DNA of 45,310 bases from contig CAXNHY010000001.1 in assembly GCA_964202425.1 (NCBI GenBank), positions 1-45,310 on the forward strand, given 5' to 3'. Origin of the DNA: Microbacteriaceae bacterium MWH-Ta3 (GTDB lineage: Bacteria > Actinomycetota > Actinomycetes > Actinomycetales > Microbacteriaceae). The notes under the pieces are model-generated. The model had not been told where the DNA came from. It saw nothing but the letters and a program-made list of their open reading frames with translations, and ran no database searches. The translations under genes were made by a program, and so were the position numbers. This document shows positions 10,053-19,144 of this stretch, piece after piece. Each line of letters begins with the position of its first letter. Within the stretch, counting starts at the first letter, position 1.

Positions 10053-10691
10053 CTATTCAGATGCCAAGAACTCGTCGATTGCTTCGCGGAAGTGTTCGAT
10101 GTCCCTCATCGAGGGCATCCCGTAGCGAATAGTTTTCACCGTTGTCGATGCGGGAGTTTCGGACGTCACCCCGATGATCAGTCCGTCGACAATGACATAG
10201 TCGGTAATGAAGGTTCCATAGTTTTCGAGGGTGTATTCGGAATGTAGCGTCCCAGCAGCGAGATCACCCGAAACAGTGATTGCGTATGTCGACCCGCCCT
10301 CCTCCAACATGGAAAAGTTGATGGCATCGATGCACACGGCGAATACCTCGGATGACCAGATTGGAGCGATACCCTCTGTGTCATTGACCGCTGCAGCTGT
10401 GAAATCGTTGTAGGCCTCGCTCTCCGGCACCCACACCAGCCGTCTATCCTGGCCAACAAGCGTTTCCGTCACTCCGACGTCGGACGCCTTGTCGCAACTC
10501 GCGTCGACAATCTTCCTGAATTCCTTGTCCAGATCGACGTTTGATTCGCTTGGTGTCGTAGCGTCAGCAGTCGGGGTCTGGGACGGGGTCTGGGTCGGAA
10601 CCGCGACAACATTCACGGGTTCTGGCGCGCACCCGGTGACGAGGAAACACGCCGATACGGCTATGGTCGCCAGTCCCCAACGACGTATCAA
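10053..10691 (-). CDS. Hypothetical lipoprotein
   Basis: Signal peptide with lipobox LVTGC, P/T/Q-rich linker, then an acidic domain; tightly packed between neighbours. Confidence 0.7.
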   Translation of the reverse strand: MIRRWGLATIAVSACFLVTGCAPEPVNVVAVPTQTPSQTPTADATTPSESNVDLDKEFRKIVDASCDKASDVGVTETLVGQDRRLVWVPESEAYNDFTAAAVNDTEGIAPIWSSEVFAVCIDAINFSMLEEGGSTYAITVSGDLAAGTLHSEYTLENYGTFITDYVIVDGLIIGVTSETPASTTVKTIRYGMPSMRDIEHFREAIDEFLASE

Positions 10692-10900
10692 AGGTTACGC
10701 TCCTTGCGGAACACAGCAACAAGCGCGTTGGCGTGCCCGTGCCCAAAGCCGTGATTGTCTTTCAGCCACCCGACCTGATTCATGTGCGTCAGCTCGAGCG
10801 CGTTTTCGTCGAGCAACGTCATCCAGTGATCAATCGGCTGACCGTACTTCGCCTCGATCGACGGGAAGTAGCTCTTGGGGCCTTGGACTTTTTCTGTCAT
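10688..10900 (-). CDS. DUF4287 domain small protein
   Basis: GPKSYFPSIEAKYGQPIDHW...WLKDNHGFGHGHANALV is the characteristic pattern; start set at ATG 10900. Confidence 0.85.
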   Translation of the reverse strand: MTEKVQGPKSYFPSIEAKYGQPIDHWMTLLDENALELTHMNQVGWLKDNHGFGHGHANALVAVFRKERNL

Positions 10901-10905
10901 GAGCT

Positions 10906-11358
10906 TTAGATCCAAGCTCCGATGATGGCACCGGCAACGGTGAGGCACACGATGTCTTGCCCGACCTCGATGAGCCACACCCACACCGCGTGAACCTGCT
11001 TGTGGTTCTGCTGTGCGAACTGGCGGTGACTGAACGAAGCGGCAGCTCCGATTCCGAAACCAAGAAGAGCACCAATCGCCGCGCCACCGAGTGCGCCGAG
11101 TGTTGGGTCAACGGTTCGGGCGAGCGACACGATCACGGCAAGGGTTGCAACCTGAACGAGTGCACCGAGGTAGGTCCCGCCGAACATGAGAACTGTTGAT
11201 CCAGTAGACATCTCGACCCGTTCGGTTGGGACCTTACGGCCCATTGCGGCCATCCACGAGGGGTAGAACGTCTTCGGTCCAAACCAGATTGCTCCGACTG
11301 CAAACGATGAGATCGAAGCGGCAAAGACCGCAAGCCAGTTGATGTTGCTCAGTTCCAT
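10906..11358 (-). CDS. DUF1761 domain membrane protein
   Basis: INWLAV.AA...F.VGAIWFGPK.F...W N-terminus; four hydrophobic segments. Confidence 0.8.
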   Translation of the reverse strand: MELSNINWLAVFAASISSFAVGAIWFGPKTFYPSWMAAMGRKVPTERVEMSTGSTVLMFGGTYLGALVQVATLAVIVSLARTVDPTLGALGGAAIGALLGFGIGAAASFSHRQFAQQNHKQVHAVWVWLIEVGQDIVCLTVAGAIIGAWI

Positions 11359-11368
11359 GCCGACAATC

Positions 11369-12136
11369 CTATTTCTTGGGGAGGAACAACGAACCAGCTA
11401 CGGCAATTGCCGCCTTAACCGGGACGATTCGAGAGACTCGCGCCATGATTCGATTTTGCCAGCCGACAATCGTCGACGGTGCTGGCTTCTCGGAATCAAG
11501 CTGCTGAAGAATGACGCGAACGACGTCGGCCGGGGTCGCCAGGTTGCCAGCTGTCTTTGTCCCTGCAACATCGAAAAACTCAGTTGCCGTTGCTCCAGGG
11601 GACACGGCAAACACCTTGACACCGGTGGGAACCTCGCCCCAGACTGCTTCGGAGAACGAGCGAACAAACGCCTTGGTTGCGGCGTAGACCGCCAGACCGG
11701 GGACGGGTTGATATGACGCCGTGCTCGCGATGTTGACGACGGCACCCGATTTGCGCTTCACCATGCCGGGCAAAAACGCGATGGTGAGGTCGACGAGTGT
11801 CCCGATGTTGAGCTGAATTTCTTCTGCGACCCGAGCTCGGTTTTCGTCGGCCACCCGTCCGTTAGTTCCAAAGCCTGCGTTGTTTACGAGGACGTCGACT
11901 GAATGCCCGTCTGCGAGCACCTTCGTTTCCAGCGCAGCCGAGGAACCCGGCGTCGAGAGATCCATCGCGTAAACCGTGACTGTGGTCTTGTGCGTTGATG
12001 TGAGTTCTTTCGCGAGCGCTGCGAGTCGTTCTTTGCGACGAGCGACAAGGATTAGTTCGTACCCACGCTCCGCGAGTGCGTTAGCGAGTTCCTTGCCAAT
12101 TCCCGAACTAGCTCCGGTGATGAGTGCAGTCGACAT
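11369..12136 (-). CDS. SDR family NAD(P)-dependent oxidoreductase
   Basis: TGASSGIG, NNAGFG, catalytic S and YAATK. Confidence 0.93.
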   Translation of the reverse strand: MSTALITGASSGIGKELANALAERGYELILVARRKERLAALAKELTSTHKTTVTVYAMDLSTPGSSAALETKVLADGHSVDVLVNNAGFGTNGRVADENRARVAEEIQLNIGTLVDLTIAFLPGMVKRKSGAVVNIASTASYQPVPGLAVYAATKAFVRSFSEAVWGEVPTGVKVFAVSPGATATEFFDVAGTKTAGNLATPADVVRVILQQLDSEKPAPSTIVGWQNRIMARVSRIVPVKAAIAVAGSLFLPKK

Positions 12137-12145
12137 TGTGTTCTC

Positions 12146-13219
12146 CTAAACGTTGAAACGGAATTCGACGACGTCGCCGTCGTTCATGACGTAATCTTTG
12201 CCCTCGATGCGGGCCTTGCCTTTCGCGCGGGCTTCAGCGATTGAACCGCACTCGACGAGATCGGCGAAAGAAACTACCTCGGCCTTGATGAATCCCTTTT
12301 CGAAATCAGTGTGAATCACGCCTGCTGCCTGGGGAGCCTTCCAGCCCTTACCAATCGTCCATGCACGCGACTCTTTGGGCCCTGCCGTCAAATAGGTCTG
12401 AAGTCCGAGAGTGTCGAAGCCAATGCGGGCGAGCTGATCGAGCCCACTCTCGGTTTGTCCAGTCGACGCGAGCAATTCACGTGCGTCTTCTGCGTCAAGG
12501 TCGATGAGTTCGCTTTCAACCTTGGCATCGAGGAAGACGGCCTTGGCCGGGGCGACGAGTTCCGCGAGAGCGGCTTTCCGCTCGTCGTGCGTGAGCACTT
12601 CTTCGTCAACGTTGAAGATGTACAGAATCGGCTTGGACGTGAGAAGACCGAGTTCACGGATTGGCGACGAGTCGAACTTCGCGCTCGACAGTGGGGTTCC
12701 GCCGTCGAGGATTCGCTTCGCTTCCTCAGCCGCCGCGAGAACCTCGGGCTCCATCTTCTTTCCCTTGACTTCCTTTTCAAAGCGAGGAATCGCCTTTTCC
12801 AGAGTTTGAAGGTCCGCGAGAATCAGCTCGGTGTTGATCGTTTCGAGGTCGTCTTTTGGATCGACCTTGCCTGCGACGTGAATAACGTCGCTGTCAGCAA
12901 AGCCACGCACAACTTGGGCAATCGCGTCGGCCTCGCGAATGTTTGCGAGGAATTGGTTTCCCAGCCCTTCACCCTCCGAAGCGCCTTTGACGATTCCGGC
13001 GATGTCAACGAATGAGACGGGCGCTGCGAGGATTCGTTCGCTGCCGAAAATTGCCGCGAGCGTCTCGAGTCGTGGGTCGGGGAGGTTGACGACACCGATG
13101 TTCGGTTCGATTGTTGCGAACGGGTAGTTCGCCGCGAGAACCGTGTTCTTCGTCAAAGCGTTGAAGAGGGTTGATTTGCCGACGTTAGGAAGTCCGACGA
13201 TTCCGATTGTGAGTGCCAC
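12146..13219 (-). CDS. ychF: Redox-regulated ATPase YchF (Obg family)
   Basis: GIVGLPNVGKSTLFNALT, ANYPFATIEPN, DIAG, AGVIHTDFEKGFI, GKDYVMNDGD. Confidence 0.98.
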   Translation of the reverse strand: MALTIGIVGLPNVGKSTLFNALTKNTVLAANYPFATIEPNIGVVNLPDPRLETLAAIFGSERILAAPVSFVDIAGIVKGASEGEGLGNQFLANIREADAIAQVVRGFADSDVIHVAGKVDPKDDLETINTELILADLQTLEKAIPRFEKEVKGKKMEPEVLAAAEEAKRILDGGTPLSSAKFDSSPIRELGLLTSKPILYIFNVDEEVLTHDERKAALAELVAPAKAVFLDAKVESELIDLDAEDARELLASTGQTESGLDQLARIGFDTLGLQTYLTAGPKESRAWTIGKGWKAPQAAGVIHTDFEKGFIKAEVVSFADLVECGSIAEARAKGKARIEGKDYVMNDGDVVEFRFNV

Positions 13220-13228
13220 CGCTCAATC

Positions 13229-14125
13229 CTAGGTGCCCGTTGTCCGCGGGGTCGCTGGTTGTCGCCCCGTCACGCTAACGCCGAGGAGAACGAGAGCGCC
13301 TCCAATGAGATGCCAGACCGTCACGCTTCCTCCAAGGAAGAGGACGAGAATCGCCGTGAAGACAGGAATGAGGTTGAGGAAGGCCCCTGTGCGCGACGGG
13401 CCGATCCACTCAGACGAAATATTCCACAAGAAATATGCTCCAGCTGACGGAATCAACCCGATCCACACAACGCCAATCCAGCCAACGCTGTCGAGGCTCA
13501 GCCAACTGTCATTTCCTGCGGCGATATCGAGGGCCATGACGGGGATCATGATGATCGCGGCAATCGCGGCCTGCACCGTCGTTGCCGTGATGGGAGGGGT
13601 GGCCACGCGGGGAGCGACCATCGAATATCCGGTCCACAACAGGGTGGCCAAGAGCAAGAGAACGTCCCCTAGACCGAGTGACATCTCAGATATCGACTGA
13701 CCCCCCAGCACAACGACGACAGCCCCAATGAACGACACCGCAATCCCGAGGAGAGCGGTACGCGAGACGCGGTCGTTGAGCACAAAGTGTGCGGCAATCG
13801 CGATTGTGGCTGGGTTGAGCGCTACGAGAACTGCTGCTGTCACCGGTGATGTCATGCCGAGAGCGAAGTACAACAAGAGGGTATAGCCGACGTACCCGAG
13901 AAGCGACTGCACGACGTGCGTCTTCCACTCACCGCGAATCGTTGCCCATTCTGGCTTTTCCAGCGCGAACGCGAGTGGCACGAGAACGACGAGAGCAATA
14001 AACCAGCGTGCACCCGTCAGTTGAATTGCACCGACCTCCTCGAGGACGGCAGGAGAGAAGACGAAATTGGTCGCCCACATGAGCATTGCTATCACTGCTG
14101 GCAGTGAACGGCGAAGGTTGGGCAT
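13229..14125 (-). CDS. DMT/EamA family transporter
   Basis: Ten TM segments in two EamA-like repeats (WATNF, NP, F.NL.PVF). Start ATG 14125 is 6 nt after TACGCT. Confidence 0.88.
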   Translation of the reverse strand: MPNLRRSLPAVIAMLMWATNFVFSPAVLEEVGAIQLTGARWFIALVVLVPLAFALEKPEWATIRGEWKTHVVQSLLGYVGYTLLLYFALGMTSPVTAAVLVALNPATIAIAAHFVLNDRVSRTALLGIAVSFIGAVVVVLGGQSISEMSLGLGDVLLLLATLLWTGYSMVAPRVATPPITATTVQAAIAAIIMIPVMALDIAAGNDSWLSLDSVGWIGVVWIGLIPSAGAYFLWNISSEWIGPSRTGAFLNLIPVFTAILVLFLGGSVTVWHLIGGALVLLGVSVTGRQPATPRTTGT

Positions 14126-14164
14126 CCTGCCAGCGTATCGGGTGACAAAGGTCGTGTTTGGCAA

Positions 14165-14178
14165 ATTGTCAGTACAAT
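14165..14178. promoter_or_regulatory. Candidate GntR/IolR operator overlapping the -10 (TACAAT) of the gntR gene
   Basis: Palindrome ATTGT-CAGT-ACAAT; same TGT-N4-ACA core as the other sites in the cluster. Confidence 0.65.
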
Positions 14179-14215
14179 ATGACACGCGCAGGGAATGTCA
14201 TAGAAGGGAGCGGCC

Positions 14216-14968
14216 GTGAGCGAATCAGTTATGGCAACGCTCTTTTCTGACCTCGACAGAAACGGCCCGATTCCGCTGTACTTCCAAGTGGAAACGAGAA
14301 TCGAAAAGGCCATCATGGACGGCTTGCTTCCCGCCGGTGCTCGACTCGAGAACGAGGTCGCACTCGGTGAACGACTCAATCTCAGTCGCCCCACGATCCG
14401 TCGAGCAATCCAAGACCTTGTCAACAAGGGCCTCCTTGTCCGCAGGCGCGGTATCGGAACTCAGGTTGTCCACGGCCGTGTCACACGAGGAGTCGAACTG
14501 ACGTCGCTGTTCGACGATCTCAGCCACGGCAATCAGAAACCAACGACGAAGTTGCTCTCCTACGCAATCGACAAGGCAAACGACTCGGTAGCCGACCGCC
14601 TTGGCGTCGCCGTTGGCTCGACCGTTCTCCACATCAAAAGGCTCCGAATTGCCGACAGCGTCCCTGTCGCAGTGCTTGAGAACTGGCTACCCGAGCAATT
14701 CGCCGACATCAGTGAATCTGAATTGGCCGAGTTCGGCCTTTACGAGATTCTCAGGATGCGCGGCGTCGCCATTCGAGTGGCCAAGCAGAAGATCGGTGCT
14801 CGCACTTCGAACGCGGCAGAAGCGGCTCACCTTGATATTGACCGCGGGGCCGCTCTTTTGACAATGGAACGCGCGGCGTTTGACAGTTCGGGTAAAGGTA
14901 TCGAGTTTGGTTCGCACTATTACCGCCCCGACCTGTATTCCTTCGAAGTCACGCTCGTCGAAAAGTAA
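14216..14968 (+). CDS. GntR/HutC-family transcriptional regulator with UTRA domain (probable inositol cluster repressor, IolR-like)
   Basis: PLYFQV, wHTH LSRPTIRRAI...RRRGIGT, C-terminal UTRA (EFGSHYYRPD); flanks the iol genes. Confidence 0.9.
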   Translation: MSESVMATLFSDLDRNGPIPLYFQVETRIEKAIMDGLLPAGARLENEVALGERLNLSRPTIRRAIQDLVNKGLLVRRRGIGTQVVHGRVTRGVELTSLFDDLSHGNQKPTTKLLSYAIDKANDSVADRLGVAVGSTVLHIKRLRIADSVPVAVLENWLPEQFADISESELAEFGLYEILRMRGVAIRVAKQKIGARTSNAAEAAHLDIDRGAALLTMERAAFDSSGKGIEFGSHYYRPDLYSFEVTLVEK

Positions 14969-14985
14969 CGGGCTCATCCAACGAC

Positions 14986-15017
14986 GAACGGCGGCGAGGT
15001 TTCCCCCACCGCCGCTC
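14986..15017 (-). terminator. Stem-loop terminator between the convergent ABC operon and gntR
   Basis: Minus strand GAGCGGCGGTGGGG-GAAA-CCTCGCCGCCGTTC forms a 14-bp stem (with G-U pairs) and a GNRA loop; no long U tract. Confidence 0.65.
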
Positions 15018-15030
15018 GAATAGCGTGTTG

Positions 15031-15828
15031 TTAACCTTCGCGGATGACACTGATTTCGTGAGTCAGAGTGTCGAGCTCTGCCCCACCGGCCATTGCTTGA
15101 ATCAGATCGTCGAGGTGAACCGTTTCCCGCTGGAAACGCGCGGTCATGCGACCGCGGTTCAAGAGGAAGAAGTGGTCACCGACGAGGTGAGCGTGATGTG
15201 GGTTGTGGGTGATGAAGATAACCGCAACCCCGCGCTCGCGAGCGGCGAGGATGTACTTCAATACGATGCCCGACTGGCGCACACCGAGGGCTGACGTTGG
15301 TTCGTCCAAGATGAGCACGTTCGCCCCGAAGTACACGGCACGCGCGATAGCTACGGCCTGGCGCTCTCCGCCCGACAGTGTTCCGATCGCCTGGTTGGTG
15401 TCGCGCAGGTCGATTCCCATGTTGAGGAGTTCAGCCTTCGCGATTGCCTTCGCCTTCTTGGTGTCGAGAATTCCGAGCCACGGCCACCACTTCGTCGGTT
15501 CGTTTCCGAGGAAGAAGTTTCGCCACACCGACATGAGTGGGACGGTCGCGAGATCCTGGAACACCGTGGCGATTCCCTTGGCCATCGCGTCACGCGGCGA
15601 GTTGAACGAGGTGACTTCACCGTTGAGAGTGAATTCACCTTCGCTCGCCTTATGCACGCCGGAAAGAATCTTGATGAGGGTTGACTTTCCAGCTCCGTTG
15701 TCGCCGAGAACACACGTGACCTGGCCGGGGTACACCTCGAGATCAACGTCACGCAGTGCGACGACGTTTCCGAACGACTTGCCAACTTTCTTGAGTTCGA
15801 GCATCGGCGCTACCTTTTTTGCGCTCAT
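15031..15828 (-). CDS. Sugar (inositol-type) ABC transporter ATP-binding protein
   Basis: Walker [16 protein letters not shown] signature, Walker B LILDEPT, H-loop ITHN. Start ATG 15828 overlaps the permease stop. Confidence 0.93.
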   Translation of the reverse strand: MSAKKVAPMLELKKVGKSFGNVVALRDVDLEVYPGQVTCVLGDNGAGKSTLIKILSGVHKASEGEFTLNGEVTSFNSPRDAMAKGIATVFQDLATVPLMSVWRNFFLGNEPTKWWPWLGILDTKKAKAIAKAELLNMGIDLRDTNQAIGTLSGGERQAVAIARAVYFGANVLILDEPTSALGVRQSGIVLKYILAARERGVAVIFITHNPHHAHLVGDHFFLLNRGRMTARFQRETVHLDDLIQAMAGGAELDTLTHEISVIREG

Positions 15829-16865
15829 TTGCGTGCTCCTGACGCGCGCTTCGCGAGAATCGTGTTGACGAACACCGCGAGGAAGAGAATGACACCGAGG
15901 AAGGTGGACACCCAGTCCTGGTCCCACAGAGCATAAGGAATACCGATTGCTGCGAAGCCCATGATGGCGGCACCGATGCTTGCACCGATAGCCGAACCAG
16001 CACCACCCGTCAAGAGCGTTCCACCGACAGCGGCCGCGATGATGTAGTAGAACTCTTGTCCGACACCCTGCCCGGCCTGCATCCCGCGGAGCTCGAGGAG
16101 TACCATCACACCAACGAGCGCGGCAGACATGGATGTGAGGACGAACAACGTGATTTTGGTGCGGGCAACGGGGACACCCGCGTTACGCGCTGCGTTGGGG
16201 TCTCCACCCGACGCAAAAATCCAGTTGCCGAACGTTGTCCGCGTGAGCAGCCACGTTGCAAAAATGGTGAACCCGATCCACCACACGACGGAAATCTGGA
16301 ACGACGCCGTTCCGACATCGATTTTGGTTGCGAACCACAAGCGTGCCTCTTCGAAGCCGGCACCCTCGTCGACTCCATCGACTCGAACAGTACCGGTGAG
16401 CATTTTGGTCACCGCGAGGTTGACGCCCTTCAAGACAAAGAAGGTCGCGAGAGTCACGATGAAGGACGGTAGCCCCGTTCTAATAACGAGGATTCCGTTG
16501 ATGAGTCCGACGATGGCGGCGAACATCATGGTGACGAGCATCGACTCCCACACGCCCATGCCGACTTCACTGACGAGGTTGCCCATGAGCAAACCGGCGG
16601 TGCCGACCATGACTCCAGAGGAAAGGTCGAACTCTCCTGCGATCATGAGCAGAGCAACAAAAATTGAAACAATTCCAACGGGAGCGGCGAACTTGGTCCA
16701 ACCGGCGGCTCCTTGGAGTTGGGCGAATTGACCTGTCGTGTCAACGAGCGCAAAAACCGTAAAGATTACGAGGGCGCCAATCAAGGCACCGAATTCGGGG
16801 CGTCGCAGGGCAGTTGTGAAGAATGAGACTCTGCCCATTCGTTCATCGAGTTTAGGTGTCGTCAT
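15825..16865 (-). CDS. Sugar ABC transporter permease (RbsC-like)
   Basis: [45 protein letters not shown]. Confidence 0.93.
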   Translation of the reverse strand: MTTPKLDERMGRVSFFTTALRRPEFGALIGALVIFTVFALVDTTGQFAQLQGAAGWTKFAAPVGIVSIFVALLMIAGEFDLSSGVMVGTAGLLMGNLVSEVGMGVWESMLVTMMFAAIVGLINGILVIRTGLPSFIVTLATFFVLKGVNLAVTKMLTGTVRVDGVDEGAGFEEARLWFATKIDVGTASFQISVVWWIGFTIFATWLLTRTTFGNWIFASGGDPNAARNAGVPVARTKITLFVLTSMSAALVGVMVLLELRGMQAGQGVGQEFYYIIAAAVGGTLLTGGAGSAIGASIGAAIMGFAAIGIPYALWDQDWVSTFLGVILFLAVFVNTILAKRASGARK

Positions 16866-16906
16866 GTCGGTCGCCGCCTTTCTGATTGAGAAGAGTGAAT
16901 TTAGAT

Positions 16907-16947
16907 GAATGGCGGCTGATACATCAGAGATGCACCAGCCGCCATCC
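16907..16947 (-). terminator. Long intergenic stem-loop after the SBP gene (mRNA stabiliser or partial terminator)
   Basis: Minus strand GGATGGCGGCTGGTGCATC-TCT-GATGTATCAGCCGCCATTC forms a 19-bp stem with G-U pairs. Confidence 0.65.
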
Positions 16948-16959
16948 GATTGCTAGAGA

Positions 16960-17928
16960 CTAGCGGGTTCCTGCAGCTACGAGCTCCATGACCTTGTCTA
17001 CGTTGTCCGCGGTAACGAAACCGGGGCCGGTGTAGATGGGGAGGCCACCGCCAAGCTCGTGAGCGTTGGTGATGTTCAAGAAGAGAAGCACGACGGACAT
17101 GTAGCCCTGTGCGTACTGCTGCTGGTCAACGGCGAATGCCATTGTTCCATCCTTGATTGCCTGGAGTGCGTCAGCCGACATGTCGACTGTTCCGATGATT
17201 GCGCCACGGCCAGTTGCGTCCGAAGCGACAAGTGCTGCACCGGTTGCGATGTCAGCGTTGAGCGCGAAGATGCCGTCGATGGCGGGGTCCGCCTCGAGTG
17301 CAGCCTGGAGCTTGGCAGCCGAACCAGCGAGGTCAGCGAGTCCACCGTCGAGGTTGAAGTCAACAGTTTCGCCTTCGAAGGTCTCAGCGAGGCCCTTGCA
17401 GCGGTCGGTCAGACCAACGTTTGCAGCTTCCTGGATGGGGCAGAGGACCTTGGTTGCGCCGAGCTCGTTGAAGCGGTAACCAGCTTCACGACCAGCAACA
17501 ATCTCATCCTGACCAACGTGCGTGAATGCACCGAGGTCCTTGAAGACCGAGGATCCGGAGTTCATGGTGACCGTGGGGATTCCAGCGTCTGCAGCTGCGA
17601 GCATGGCGTCCTTGATGGCATCTGGGTCCGGAGCCGAAGCTGCGATTCCCTGACATCCACCAGCGATACCAGCTTCGATGGTCGAAGCCTGCTTGGCCGA
17701 GTCGTTTGTCGAACCCGGGTAGTCAACAGTGATACCGAGGTCGGCAGCTGCCTTTTCGGCACCAGCCTGTGCGACTGACCAGAAGGTTCCGCCGTCACCG
17801 TGGGTGTAGACGCAGATCTTGATGGCGGAGTTGTCGCCACCTTCTGCAGCAGGCTCGCTAGTAGCAGCGCAACCTGCGAGCGAGAGCGACGCAACGGCCG
17901 CAATCACTGAGATTTTCTTCCAAGACAT
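16960..17928 (-). CDS. Sugar ABC transporter substrate-binding lipoprotein (probably inositol/cyclitol)
   Basis: Lipobox LAGC, THGD..FWS, HVGQDE..AG, DQQQYAQGY, TGPGFVT. Start ATG 17928 follows GAGAGG. Confidence 0.9.
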   Translation of the reverse strand: MSWKKISVIAAVASLSLAGCAATSEPAAEGGDNSAIKICVYTHGDGGTFWSVAQAGAEKAAADLGITVDYPGSTNDSAKQASTIEAGIAGGCQGIAASAPDPDAIKDAMLAAADAGIPTVTMNSGSSVFKDLGAFTHVGQDEIVAGREAGYRFNELGATKVLCPIQEAANVGLTDRCKGLAETFEGETVDFNLDGGLADLAGSAAKLQAALEADPAIDGIFALNADIATGAALVASDATGRGAIIGTVDMSADALQAIKDGTMAFAVDQQQYAQGYMSVVLLFLNITNAHELGGGLPIYTGPGFVTADNVDKVMELVAAGTR

Positions 17929-17993
17929 GTAATGCCTCTCTTTTGTGAGTTGTTTATTGCTGTCGACCATCTATGTCAATGACCGACAAAGTA

Positions 17994-18011
17994 ACTATGT
18001 CATATCAAAGT
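17994..18011. promoter_or_regulatory. Candidate GntR/IolR operator upstream of the ABC operon
   Basis: ACTATGT-CATA-TCAAAGT shares flanks with the site at 23485-23502; extra GACAAAGT half-sites lie on both sides. Confidence 0.65.
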
Positions 18012-18066
18012 CTGCCGACAAAGTCCGATTGGACGTTGTTACCGAACCGATACATTTCGGTTTGAG

Positions 18067-19074
18067 CTAAAGGCGGCCGTCGACCGAAACTGTCTTTCCC
18101 GTCCGCGCTGACTCCGTTGCAGCATCGGCGAGGATGAGCGCTGCGCGACCATCATCGAACGTTGGGTTGACGTTGGTGCCGCTGCGGATCCCGTCAAGAA
18201 ATAGCGCTAGTTCGCGGCGGTAGGAGATGGCATATCGGACGAGGAAGTTGTCGATGTACGGTTCGGCGGCCTCTGTGGTTGCACCGGAATACCGCTTGAC
18301 AGAGGTGTCCGTGAGGTTGTCGGCGTAGAGCATTCCTTCGTCGCCGAACGCTTCCAATCGTTGGTCGTATCCGTACGCAGAGTGGCGAGAGTTGACAATC
18401 ACGATGATCTCGCCCCCACGACCGCGCATGGTCACCGTCGCGGAGTCGTAATCGTTCTCAGCTTTGATGTCATCACTGAAAACGTTGGTTCCAGCAGCGA
18501 AGACGTCGACGATGTCGGGAACAAAGTAGCGCGCCATGTCAAAGTCGTGAATCGTCATGTCGCGGAAAATCCCGCCTGATACAGCAATGTAGGCGCGAGG
18601 GGCTGGGCCCGGGTCTCTGGACAAAATGACGAGTTGCTCGAGTTTTCCGACATCTCCCGATTGCACGCGATTCTTGATTGATTCGAACTGGGGATCGAAT
18701 CGGCGATTGAACCCGATCGCAATGTTGACCTTTGCCGCGTTCGCCTTGTCGCGGAGCTTCTCGACTTTGGCGATGTCGAGGTCGATGGGCTTTTCGCACA
18801 ACACGTGAACGCCAGCGTCGATGGCTCGATCAATCATGTCCAAGTGAGTTGGTGTTGGCGAGGCAACAACGACGGCGTCGACGTCGCCTGATGCAAACAT
18901 TTCTTCAGGGTCGGTCGTCGTCTTTCCGCCGAACTGGGCCGCGAGCGTGTTGGCCCCGTCGATGAAGGGGTCACAAATCCACGCGAGGGTCGCACCTTTC
19001 GTGTCGGCGATGCTTCCGGCATGAACCTGACCAATGCGGCCCGATCCGATCAGTCCGATTCTGAAGTCGCTCAC
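18067..19074 (-). CDS. iolG: Inositol 2-dehydrogenase (Gfo/Idh/MocA family)
   Basis: GSGRIG, CEKP, GFNRRFDP, SRDP, GGIFRDMTIHDFD, YGYDQRLE. Confidence 0.88.
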   Translation of the reverse strand: MSDFRIGLIGSGRIGQVHAGSIADTKGATLAWICDPFIDGANTLAAQFGGKTTTDPEEMFASGDVDAVVVASPTPTHLDMIDRAIDAGVHVLCEKPIDLDIAKVEKLRDKANAAKVNIAIGFNRRFDPQFESIKNRVQSGDVGKLEQLVILSRDPGPAPRAYIAVSGGIFRDMTIHDFDMARYFVPDIVDVFAAGTNVFSDDIKAENDYDSATVTMRGRGGEIIVIVNSRHSAYGYDQRLEAFGDEGMLYADNLTDTSVKRYSGATTEAAEPYIDNFLVRYAISYRRELALFLDGIRSGTNVNPTFDDGRAALILADAATESARTGKTVSVDGRL

Positions 19075-19092
19075 GACAATCCCTTCGACGAT

Positions 19093-19108
19093 GTTTGTTA
19101 GGACAAAC
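19093..19108. promoter_or_regulatory. Candidate GntR/IolR operator between divergent iolG and the SDR gene
   Basis: Palindrome GTTTGT-TAGG-ACAAAC; the core TGTTAGGACA is identical to 23489-23498. Adjacent TACAAT and TATATT are -10-like hexamers. Confidence 0.75.
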
Positions 19109-19144
19109 CTACAATATAGTCAGGTAACCAACAAGGAGATCCTC

